Of a DNA stretch of 64,000 nt, positions 8,657-16,217 are shown piece by piece. Under the pieces are notes generated by a model. That model saw nothing but the letters and a program-made list of their open reading frames with translations, was not told where the DNA came from and did no database searches. The position numbers and the translations under genes are program-made. Numbering within the stretch: the first letter of the stretch is position 1; each line of letters begins with the position of its first letter. The DNA is from Candidatus Dojkabacteria bacterium (lineage in GTDB: Bacteria; Patescibacteriota; Dojkabacteria; SC72; JAFGCJ01): positions 5,447-69,446 of the forward strand of contig JAFGCJ010000004.1 of NCBI GenBank assembly GCA_016932785.1, written 5' to 3'.

Positions 8657-8845
8657 TTATTTAATAACAAATATATCCCGGAGCATATAAAAAAATGCGT
8701 CCAGTCCAATTATCATCGCCGTAATTATAGCAGAAACGATAATTACAAAAACAGTGAGGTTAATGGTGGTTCTTAAAGAAGGCCACTTAACCTGTTTATA
8801 TTCTGATAGTAATTTTTTTATAGATTTTGTAAAGTTGTTTAACAT
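8657..8845 (-). CDS. secE: preprotein translocase subunit SecE (62 aa)
   Basis: The start was moved to the internal ATG (revcomp of 8843-8845), because the longer ORF runs into tRNA-Trp. Sequence is EYKQVKWPSLRTT followed by a single TM. Confidence 0.8.
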   Translation of the reverse strand: MLNNFTKSIKKLLSEYKQVKWPSLRTTINLTVFVIIVSAIITAMIIGLDAFFYMLRDIFVIK

Positions 8846-8906
8846 TTCTGGTGCGTTATTAGTTCTAGGTCTCTGGCCTTTGATTTCGTTTCTGTCGTTT
8901 GACAGT

Positions 8907-8982
8907 TGGCAGGCCCACTCCGACTCGAACGGAGAAATACGGTTTTGGAGACCGTTGTTTTGCCAATTGAAACTATGGGCCC
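8907..8982 (-). tRNA. tRNA-Trp (CCA anticodon), 3' CCA encoded
   Basis: Hand fold: GGGCCCA TA GTTT CAATTGGCA AAAC A ACGGT CTCCAAA ACCGT ATTT CTCCG TTCGAGT CGGAG TGGGCCT G CCA. Confidence 0.9.
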
Positions 8983-9046
8983 TCCTTAGCAAAAAAGCGG
9001 GGCTTGATAAGGCCGTATAGTACTTTCGGGCAGCTATTTTAATGTG

Positions 9047-9214
9047 CTACTTGAGCTTTGTCTCTTTGTGCTGCGTGTGTTTCTTGCACTTTGGACAGTA
9101 TTTTTGAGCCTCAAGTTTCTCCTGTAGTTGCTTGTTTTTGTATGTTGTGTAGTTTTTCTCTCCGCATTCTTCGCACTTTAGTGCTACGATGACGCGATTT
9201 TCCTTTTTAGCCAT
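9047..9214 (-). CDS. rpmG: 50S ribosomal protein L33 (55 aa; below the ORF-track size cut-off)
   Basis: Hand translation: [55 protein letters not shown], with the CxxC...CxxC zinc ribbon. Sits in the rpmG-tRNA-Trp-secE position. Confidence 0.9.
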   Translation of the reverse strand: MAKKENRVIVALKCEECGEKNYTTYKNKQLQEKLEAQKYCPKCKKHTQHKETKLK

Positions 9215-9337
9215 TTCTTAGGATAGTCTTAAAATAATACATGTATCGCTGACTGGTGAATTATATTGGGTTTAATGTAAGGGGTCAACTTGTTTGGAGA
9301 TAACATGAACACTAGTTTTGATGGTAGAATTTGTGTA

Positions 9338-10132
9338 ATGAGGAAATACCTTCTTTTTTTTAAGCTGAGTATACAGGAATACTTTGAATATCGTGTAAAT
9401 ATGCTGGTTATTGTTCTAAGTGGCTTTGTTCCTTTTTTTGCAACACTTTTTCTATGGAGAGCCATATATGATGCTGGAGGATCTGTTGGGAATTACACCC
9501 TTGCCGACCTTGCTGTTTATACTGTTCTTTCAGTATCGCTTAGATTGATTACTTCAATGGAGGCTCATTTCTCTGTGGCCGATGATGTGAGAAAGGGTAA
9601 TTTGAGTAATTACCTAATTAAACCTATGAATTATTTCTGGGCGAGATTCTTCAGAAGATTGGGGTTGATACCCATCAGAATAATCGGGTCCCTAGTTCTG
9701 GGGGCACTCTTCTTGTTAGTTCTTGGAGAGGAAATCAGCATAAATTTGAGAGTGGATGGTGTTATTTTCTTTTTGCTTTTTTCTTTATTGTCGGTCTTCT
9801 TGAATTATGCTTTGAGTTTTCTGTATGGTTGTATTGCCTTTTGGTTAAAGGAGATTCTTGGTGTTTATGTTTCAATCTGGTTTACAGTTAAGTTTCTAAG
9901 TGGGACTTTTTTCCCTCTGGATTTACTTGGTGGTCTGTTCAAAAATATTGTTTTGGCACTTCCTTTTCAGCTAGGTGTGTATGTTCCGATTATTGCTTTG
10001 CTTGGAAAGTATGAAATGGTTGATTATTTAAAACTTTCAGGTCTGTATGTTTTTTGGACTTTTGTTGTTTTTTTGTTAGTAGGTTTTGTTTGGAAGAAGG
10101 CGCAAAATCATTACGAGTCGGTAGGTATTTAA
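9338..10132 (+). CDS. ABC-2 type transporter permease (COG4587-like)
   Basis: Multi-TM protein starting MRKYLLFFKLSIQEYFEYRVNM. The start was chosen at the internal ATG at 9338; the ORF track begins at 9290. Confidence 0.7.
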   Translation: MRKYLLFFKLSIQEYFEYRVNMLVIVLSGFVPFFATLFLWRAIYDAGGSVGNYTLADLAVYTVLSVSLRLITSMEAHFSVADDVRKGNLSNYLIKPMNYFWARFFRRLGLIPIRIIGSLVLGALFLLVLGEEISINLRVDGVIFFLLFSLLSVFLNYALSFLYGCIAFWLKEILGVYVSIWFTVKFLSGTFFPLDLLGGLFKNIVLALPFQLGVYVPIIALLGKYEMVDYLKLSGLYVFWTFVVFLLVGFVWKKAQNHYESVGI

Positions 10133-10133
10133 T

Positions 10134-10949
10134 TTGAAGTTTGGAGTCATGATAGATACCGTGGGCAAGGTTTTTAGAATAACCAAGGTATTCTTGGGCT
10201 ATTCTCTTCAGAAGGCGATGGCATATAGAGTGAATTTTTTCTTTTTATATCTAGCCGTTCTTGTCCAATCGGTAGGGGAAGTGATATTGCTGAATGTTGT
10301 GTTAAATCAGATAGACAGTGTTATGGGGTGGGGTGTCTACGAGATACTTATCGTAATGGGATTTGCAAAAATCATTGAGGGTATTGCATGGATGGTGTAT
10401 AGAGGAGGACTTATGGATTTTAGTGAAAACATAAGGACGGGGGATATAGACAACATTCTATTAAAGCCCTTAGATCTCCAGTTTTTAATATCTATTGAGA
10501 ATTTTGCGTTTGAAGAAACATCGGGTGTAATTGCTGGTATTGTTTTTGTTGTTGTTGGTGTTGTTGGATCTGAAACGGTTCTTTCCGTTGAAAATGTTTT
10601 AGGGGCTATTTTAGCTCTGTCTGTGGGCATGGTTTTTCATTATGTTTTTCGGTTGGTATATTCAACTGTTGCCATATTTACAACTGCCCTTGAGAGGGCA
10701 ACAGTTTTGGACGTAAAGTTTTTTGAGCTTGGTAGGTATCCTGTTCAGATCTTCCCAAGAATTGTTTCTAAATTTCTAACATATGTAATTCCAATTGCTT
10801 TTGTTGGCACTATTCCGGCCGAGATGATTGTTTGGGGTCTAGATTTGAAGATGGTTATTACCGGTTTGGTAATTGAGATTGTATTGCTGGTTGGTGCTAG
10901 GAGTTTTCTGAAGTGGGCATTAAGAAAATATGAGGGAGTGGGGAAATGA
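10134..10949 (+). CDS. ABC-2 type transporter permease (COG3694-like)
   Basis: 271-aa multi-TM ORF that follows the previous permease after 1 nt. TTG start, with an alternative ATG at 10149. Confidence 0.7.
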   Translation: MKFGVMIDTVGKVFRITKVFLGYSLQKAMAYRVNFFFLYLAVLVQSVGEVILLNVVLNQIDSVMGWGVYEILIVMGFAKIIEGIAWMVYRGGLMDFSENIRTGDIDNILLKPLDLQFLISIENFAFEETSGVIAGIVFVVVGVVGSETVLSVENVLGAILALSVGMVFHYVFRLVYSTVAIFTTALERATVLDVKFFELGRYPVQIFPRIVSKFLTYVIPIAFVGTIPAEMIVWGLDLKMVITGLVIEIVLLVGARSFLKWALRKYEGVGK

Positions 10950-10955
10950 TCTATA

Positions 10956-11032
10956 TGGAGCTGGATCTGGGGATCGAACCCAGGACCTCATTCTTACCAT
11001 GAATGCGCTCTAGCCAACTGAGCTAATCCAGC
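10956..11032 (-). tRNA. tRNA-Thr (GGU), CCA encoded
   Basis: GCTGGAT TA GCTC AGTTGGCTA GAGC G CATTC ATGGTAA GAATG AGGTC CTGGG TTCGATC CCCAG ATCCAGC T CCA. Confidence 0.9.
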
Positions 11033-11070
11033 GTTTTTTTATTATATTTCATTTTTGTTTATTGGACTAC

Positions 11071-11156
11071 TGGTGCAGGGGGTGGGATTTGAACCCACGA
11101 AGTCTTGCGACGCTGGATTTACAGTCCAGTCCATTTGGCCGCTCTGGCACCCCTGC
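11071..11156 (-). tRNA. tRNA-Tyr (GUA) with a long variable arm, CCA encoded
   Basis: Acceptor GCAGGGG/CCCCTGC; anticodon stem-loop CTGGA CTGTAAA TCCAG; T arm GTGGG TTCAAAT CCCAC; ends A CCA. Confidence 0.9.
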
Positions 11157-11164
11157 TTTATTTT

Positions 11165-11446
11165 GTACTTTATTGTGACTTCGACGATGGGCATATCCCC
11201 AAGTCTCGTCACAATAAAGTACAAAATTATTGTATCGGTATTATCTTCGACAATGAGCGTATCCTCAAGTCTCGATAATGAAATGTAATAAATTTTAGGT
11301 TTCTGTTATGGGCATATCCCTAAGTCTCCTCACAATAAAGTACAAAATTATTGTATCGGTATTATCTTCGACGATGGGCGTATCCCCAAATCTCGGCGAA
11401 ATCGGTATTATCTTCGACGATGGGCGTATCCCCAAATCTCGGCGAA
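11165..11446. repeat. composite repeat array in the tRNA-Thr/tRNA-Tyr spacer
   Basis: Five copies of a ~30-nt unit, cttcgacgatgggcRtatccccaaRtctcg, at 11179, 11245, 11308 (partial), 11366 and 11412. A 65-nt direct repeat at 11187-11251 and 11308-11372 matches 63/65. A perfect 46-nt tandem duplication spans 11355-11400 and 11401-11446. A 15-bp perfect inverted repeat (11165-11179 with 11208-11222) encloses the first unit. Confidence 0.85.
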
Positions 11447-11520
11447 AAAAGAGCTAAATTTGCAGATGAGGCAAAATTTCAGATGCGAAGCATGACGCTG
11501 AGCCACATTTGCATACTCTA

Positions 11521-11594
11521 AGCCGATGGAGAGATTCGAACTCTCGACCTACGGTTTACAAAACCGTTGCTCTGACCAACTGAGCTACATCGGC
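11521..11594 (-). tRNA. tRNA-Thr (UGU), 3' CCA not encoded
   Basis: GCCGATG TA GCTC AGTTGGTCA GAGC A ACGGT TTTGTAA ACCGT AGGTC GAGAG TTCGAAT CTCTC CATCGGC T, followed by TAG. Confidence 0.9.
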
Positions 11595-11694
11595 TTTTTC
11601 AAGTACATGATTATACTACACATGTTCAGTTGAAGGCACAAGTGCTAATTATGTGTGTTGTTGTTATTTGTAAGGGGAAATAGGCAAAAAAAGA

Positions 11695-11834
11695 CCACAG
11701 CTTTGGCGGAGAAGCTGAATCACCTGCCGGCAATTCAGGTGGGAGATCACTTCCTTATCCCGCAGGACAAGGAAAAAAGATTTCCCTATGCTTTGGTATG
11801 GGGTTATCAGTCTCCTCCGATACCTCTGCTGTGG
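11695..11834. ncRNA. candidate structured RNA of unknown class, strand unresolved
   Basis: Closing helix: ccacagc (11695-11701) with gctgtgg (11828-11834), ggcggaga (11705-11712) with tctcctcc (11811-11818), and ctga with tcag. Internal hairpins: cacctg (11721-11726) with caggtg (11736-11741), and a long hairpin gggagatc...cttcctt-a-tcc[cgca]gga-c-aaggaa...gatttccc (11741-11786). No credible CDS is present. Confidence 0.3.
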
Positions 11835-11981
11835 CATTTAGATTTTATCACTTACGTTATTTTGATCAAGTATCCCTGACAGCCTTAGATGTTTTGGCCC
11901 TTAATTGGTTACTCTTGGGGTTGGGGGTTTTCTCTATAATATCTAGAGTCTGCAATCATTTAGACTAGACTTGATTTTCCT

Positions 11982-12620
11982 TTATCCTAAGAAGATTCCA
12001 GCTAGTATACTTATTGCCGTAGAGAGAATAAAGTTCACGACGTAATTTAGAGGAGAAAAAGGTATGAAAATAAGAATTAGAACCCATGTGCCATATTTTT
12101 CAAATGATTCCCAGTAGTATCTGAGGTTCTTTGGAAGAAAAGCTCGGACAATCTTATGTCCGTCGAGGGGCGGTAGAGGTATTAAATTGAAAATTCCGAG
12201 AGAGAGGTTCAGGGAGATAAAGACCAAGAGAAAGTAGGCAATTAAATATTTCAAATCCATATTCTCTTGTACCAGAATTTCTGGGCCATTCATTATTCGA
12301 AAGGCCATTGATGCCATAAAGGCCATTGTGATATTTGAAATTGAGCCTGCTGCGGAAGTAATTGCAGTTCCGATGATGGGGTTTTTGAAATTTTGTTCGT
12401 TTATGGGTACAGGTTTGCTCCAGCCGAATCTAGTTAAAATCATCATTAAACCACCGACTAGGTCGATATGTGCGAGAGGATTTAGTGTGAGACGACCTCG
12501 AAGTTTTGCCGTTAGATCGCCCAGTTTGTAAGCTGTCCAGGCGTGGGCAAACTCATGAACAGTCGAGGCAATTAACAGTGACGGAATAGAAAAAATTATC
12601 CAGGATATTTGATCGACCAT
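11982..12620 (-). CDS. site-2 protease family zinc metalloprotease (peptidase M50)
   Basis: HEFAHAW zinc motif, multi-TM, and LIPLPPLDGHKI second motif. Confidence 0.85.
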   Translation of the reverse strand: MVDQISWIIFSIPSLLIASTVHEFAHAWTAYKLGDLTAKLRGRLTLNPLAHIDLVGGLMMILTRFGWSKPVPINEQNFKNPIIGTAITSAAGSISNITMAFMASMAFRIMNGPEILVQENMDLKYLIAYFLLVFISLNLSLGIFNLIPLPPLDGHKIVRAFLPKNLRYYWESFEKYGTWVLILIFIPFSPLNYVVNFILSTAISILAGIFLG

Positions 12621-12693
12621 AAATTTTTTGATAATATCTACAAGCTTTCAAGAATTTTCTTAAAAGTATTTGAATTCTACAATATTTATTCTG

Positions 12694-12906
12694 ATGGCGA
12701 AAGTGTGTGAAATATGTGAAAAATCTACAGGCCATGGAAGCAGAAGTCGGCATCATCATGCAGAAGGGTGGCGTTATCGTGCGCCTAAATCCAGGCGGAA
12801 CTGGAAGCCAAATCTGAGAACAGCGAAGATAAATGTTAATGGTGTGATGAAAAAGGTGAGCGTATGTATGAAATGTTATAAAACCTTGGCTAAGAAAGCT
12901 GATTAG
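12694..12906 (+). CDS. rpmB: 50S ribosomal protein L28
   Basis: MAKVCEICEKSTGHGSRSRHH...NWKPNLRTAKINVNG. The start was set at the ATG at 12694. Confidence 0.88.
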   Translation: MAKVCEICEKSTGHGSRSRHHHAEGWRYRAPKSRRNWKPNLRTAKINVNGVMKKVSVCMKCYKTLAKKAD

Positions 12907-12942
12907 TTTTTTCCTTGTTGATTTCTTTCCGTTGTTTATATT

Positions 12943-13587
12943 TCAGGCGAAGAGGTTTTTTACACTCTGAATTACTATTTCAGTACACATTCGGGTAAAG
13001 TTGTATATAGGCAACAGTTTATGCTGTTTTTTTGATATCTTGGCCGTGTATTTTAGTCCTTTCAATTTCATGTAGTTGGTTTTCAGGTGTGAATGCTTTG
13101 AGTTAAGTAGAACCTCTATTCCGTATCCGGCCTTGCCGATTTCACCCAATATAGGCATCAAGTCTTTTCTATAATAGGCTCTTTGTCCGGAGAATTCTTT
13201 TGGGAGTATAGCTATTCCAAGTGTGTTGTTGTCTGGTACACCAACGGAGGCTTGGTATTCACCTGAGATGATAGGAGATAGGAGTAACTTAATGTATTTT
13301 GTTTTCAGGTTTGTAAAGTCTGCGTCCAGAAGAACAATAATGTCGGACTTTGAAGCTTTGATGCCTTGTGCGATGGCATTGCCTTTACCTTTATTGCGGG
13401 GTAGTCTAATTTGCTTAATGTCTTTGAATCGGTCTAGGATTAAACCTGTTTGGTCGGTAGAACCGTCATTTACCACTATCGCTTCCTGACATATTCCAAT
13501 CTTTTTACTTTTTTGTAGAGTTTTGGCAATTTGCCTGATTGTTCCTTCTTCATTAAATGCTGGAACTACTACGCTAACTGTTTTCAT
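12943..13587 (-). CDS. family 2 glycosyltransferase (polyprenol-phosphate glycosyltransferase-like)
   Basis: VSVVVPAFNEE...VVNDGSTDQT...LLDADF motifs; ends in TGA. Confidence 0.85.
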   Translation of the reverse strand: MKTVSVVVPAFNEEGTIRQIAKTLQKSKKIGICQEAIVVNDGSTDQTGLILDRFKDIKQIRLPRNKGKGNAIAQGIKASKSDIIVLLDADFTNLKTKYIKLLLSPIISGEYQASVGVPDNNTLGIAILPKEFSGQRAYYRKDLMPILGEIGKAGYGIEVLLNSKHSHLKTNYMKLKGLKYTAKISKKQHKLLPIYNFTRMCTEIVIQSVKNLFA

Positions 13588-13804
13588 TGCAATTAGTATA
13601 TCAGTTTTCTTATATTTTCGGGCAGTTTAACTTATTCGGACTGGGCCGGGTACGCTGGTCGTTGTATAAGGAAAAGACTCTTTTTTTATGCTACGAATGT
13701 GGTGGTTGTATTCATGCATATTTCTTCAGGGAGGTCCATTTTTATTATTTAAAAACTAGCGGGTATGTTCTATTGATTCTTAAGAAGTGTTAAAATATCA
13801 CCCG

Positions 13805-14854
13805 ATGTTGGATTCAATTTGGAACCTAGTAACACTAGACATAGGAATAGATCTTGGTACTGCGAATACATTAGTTCATGTTGCAGGTAAAGGTATAATG
13901 ATAAATGAGCCTTCAGTCGTTGCTGTTAACAAGAAGACGAAGGAGGTTCTTGCCGTAGGAAATGATGCTCGTCAGATGATTGGTCGTACTCCTGCAAATG
14001 TTGTTGCTGTGAGGCCATTAAAGGATGGTATTATTACTGATTTTGATACTACTCAGGCAATGATTCGTTATTTCATTGAGCGTGTTCATGAATTGTCGGC
14101 TAAGTTTCTTAAGATTCCTCGGCCACGTGTTGTTATGGGAGTTCCTTCATCAGTTACTGAGGTTGAAAGACAGGCTGTCGTCGATGCCGCAAAGTCTGCT
14201 GGGGCAAGAACAGTATATATAGTTGAGGAGGCTATTGCAGCTGCAATAGGCGTTGGTCTTCCCATCGAGGATCCCAGTGGTAGTATGATTGTCGATGTAG
14301 GAGGAGGCACTACTGATGTAGCGGTTCTTTCTTTGGGAGGAATAGTAGTAGATAAAACTCTTCAGATTGCCGGGGATGAGATGAATCAGGATATTATTAA
14401 TTATGTAAGGCATAAATATAATCTATTGGTTGGAGAGAGAAGCGCTGAGGATGTGAAAATCTCGATAGGGTCGGCCTATCCTCAAAAGGAGGAAAGAGCG
14501 GTAGTTTTACAGGGGCGTGATCTGATCTCAGGTTTGCCTAAGGCAATTGAAATTACCAGTGTTGAAGTACGAGAAGCACTTATGAACTCATTAAGTAGCA
14601 TTACTGATGCGATAAAGGATGCTGTTGAAGAAACTCCGCCGGAGCTCCTTGCTGATCTTGCTACTTCTGGGGTTACCTTGGCGGGGGGGGGCTCGCAATT
14701 AAGAGGACTTGATAGATTTTGGAAGGAAAAGCTTAAGCTGCCTGTTATCGTAGCTGATGACCCAATGACGGCTGTTGCTAGGGGAACTGCAAAGTTGTTG
14801 GAGAGAGTTGATCTACTAAAAAAGGCTCAATCCAGCTGGGACGAGATTATATAG
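13805..14854 (+). CDS. mreB: rod shape-determining actin homologue MreB
   Basis: IGIDLGTANTLVHV...DVGGGTTDVAVLSLGG...GVTLAGGGSQLRGLD. The ATG at 13805 is preferred over the GTG at 13787. Confidence 0.95.
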   Translation: MLDSIWNLVTLDIGIDLGTANTLVHVAGKGIMINEPSVVAVNKKTKEVLAVGNDARQMIGRTPANVVAVRPLKDGIITDFDTTQAMIRYFIERVHELSAKFLKIPRPRVVMGVPSSVTEVERQAVVDAAKSAGARTVYIVEEAIAAAIGVGLPIEDPSGSMIVDVGGGTTDVAVLSLGGIVVDKTLQIAGDEMNQDIINYVRHKYNLLVGERSAEDVKISIGSAYPQKEERAVVLQGRDLISGLPKAIEITSVEVREALMNSLSSITDAIKDAVEETPPELLADLATSGVTLAGGGSQLRGLDRFWKEKLKLPVIVADDPMTAVARGTAKLLERVDLLKKAQSSWDEII

Positions 14855-14917
14855 CGATAAGCTATTTATAGAACACAGTTGTAGTTTATAATAGAAAAAT
14901 AATTATAGGGTTAACCT

Positions 14918-15715
14918 ATGAATCTTGATTACCTTAAGAGCAAAAGTATATATGTTGTAGTTGGAATTGTGGTAAGTTTTTTCATGCTTCTTTTAGACGG
15001 TATGGGTATTTTGCAACCAGTATATTCGTGGGGAAATTTCATCTTGGAACCGTTCGAGTATTGGTCGGGACGTGTATTTAAAGGTGTAAATAATACTATA
15101 CTGACTGTAGTAGAGATAGGGTCTCTTCGTTCTGAGAATTCGGATCTTAAGATAGAGAATGCGGAGCTCAAAAGTGAGGTCACAAAGTTGGAAGAAATAG
15201 AGAAAGAAAATGAAACACTGAGAGAACAGGTAGGAATTGATCTCAAATTGGAACTTAAGCTTAGGAAGGTTAGAATTCTTGGTGTCGACTCAGATGGTTT
15301 GGCTGAACACATAATAATCGATGCCGGAAATGACGAAAAGGTTGAGAAAGGTGATGCTCTCATTGTGGGAAATGTCCTTGTTGGTGAGGTCAGGGATGTA
15401 TATAAGTCAACTTCCAGAGTAAGGCTCGTCTCGAACCAGAAAAGCAATATCATTGCTCTTGATCAGGATACGAGGGCAAGAGGTCTTGTTCGCGGATCTC
15501 TCGAGGGCGTTGTGTTTGAAGAGGTTCTTGAGAATGAGAAACTGGAGGAAGGTGATACTATCATTACGTGGTCGGATGATTTTCCGGAAGGTTTAGTCAT
15601 TGGTAAGATTCGTAAAATCGAGGTTATACCGACATCGTCGACGAAGAGGGCATATCTTGAAACAGGGGTAAATTTCGAAAATCTAAATTATGCATTTGTT
15701 GTGATAAATTTCTAA
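14918..15715 (+). CDS. mreC: rod shape-determining protein MreC
   Basis: N-terminal TM, a coiled coil (LRSENSDLKIENAELKSEV), then beta-barrel domains. Sits directly after mreB. Confidence 0.85.
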   Translation: MNLDYLKSKSIYVVVGIVVSFFMLLLDGMGILQPVYSWGNFILEPFEYWSGRVFKGVNNTILTVVEIGSLRSENSDLKIENAELKSEVTKLEEIEKENETLREQVGIDLKLELKLRKVRILGVDSDGLAEHIIIDAGNDEKVEKGDALIVGNVLVGEVRDVYKSTSRVRLVSNQKSNIIALDQDTRARGLVRGSLEGVVFEEVLENEKLEEGDTIITWSDDFPEGLVIGKIRKIEVIPTSSTKRAYLETGVNFENLNYAFVVINF

Positions 15716-15716
15716 G

Positions 15717-16208
15717 ATGAAAAGGCTCACGTCTATTGTATTATTCAGTATTTTGGTCGCTATAGCGAACTTTGGATTATCGTTTGTTGCAGATTTAAAT
15801 CTTGTCTGGATCATAGGCATGGCTCTAATTATGTCGGACAGTGAGTCTGAAGCTGTAGTTTTGACCGTATTATCGGGGTTTTTGTTTGATGTGATGATGC
15901 ACGGGCATATTGGTATTACGAGTCTATCGTTTCTTGTTCCCGCATTTCTTTTAGTTATTGTGAAAAGTATTGGCTTTGGAGATAGATCTTGGCAAAAGTT
16001 TATCATATCGTTTGTTTTCTTTTTCTTGATTGTTATTTTTGAGTTGGTTCTTCGGCAATTGATTGGAGAGAGCGGAGGACTATCTGGATCTGCGATTGGT
16101 CATTCTGTAGGTAAAATAGTGCTGAATGGTTTTGTTTCACTTGTCGTATATGGGCTTATTGAACTTTGGCATTATCAGCATCCTGAAAGAAAGGCTATTA
16201 AGGTATAA
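15717..16208 (+). CDS. mreD: rod shape-determining protein MreD (called by position and topology)
   Basis: 163-aa polytopic membrane ORF between mreC and the PBP2 gene. Confidence 0.6.
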   Translation: MKRLTSIVLFSILVAIANFGLSFVADLNLVWIIGMALIMSDSESEAVVLTVLSGFLFDVMMHGHIGITSLSFLVPAFLLVIVKSIGFGDRSWQKFIISFVFFFLIVIFELVLRQLIGESGGLSGSAIGHSVGKIVLNGFVSLVVYGLIELWHYQHPERKAIKV

Positions 16209-16217
16209 TATTGTGTT

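Noticed and set aside
8846-8992. The longer 111-aa version of the secE ORF from the ORF track
   Set aside because: Its first 49 codons run straight through tRNA-Trp (8907-8982). The internal ATG at 8845 gives a normal 62-aa SecE.
11165-11446. CRISPR array
   Set aside because: The sequences between repeat units are themselves repeated (65-nt and 46-nt duplications), the spacing is irregular, there are only ~5 units, and no cas genes occur in the window.
11655-11879. 74-aa plus-strand ORF in the gap after the tRNA cluster
   Set aside because: It has no SD, an odd composition and no recognisable motif, and it overlaps a region with extensive nested base pairing. An RNA element is the more likely explanation.
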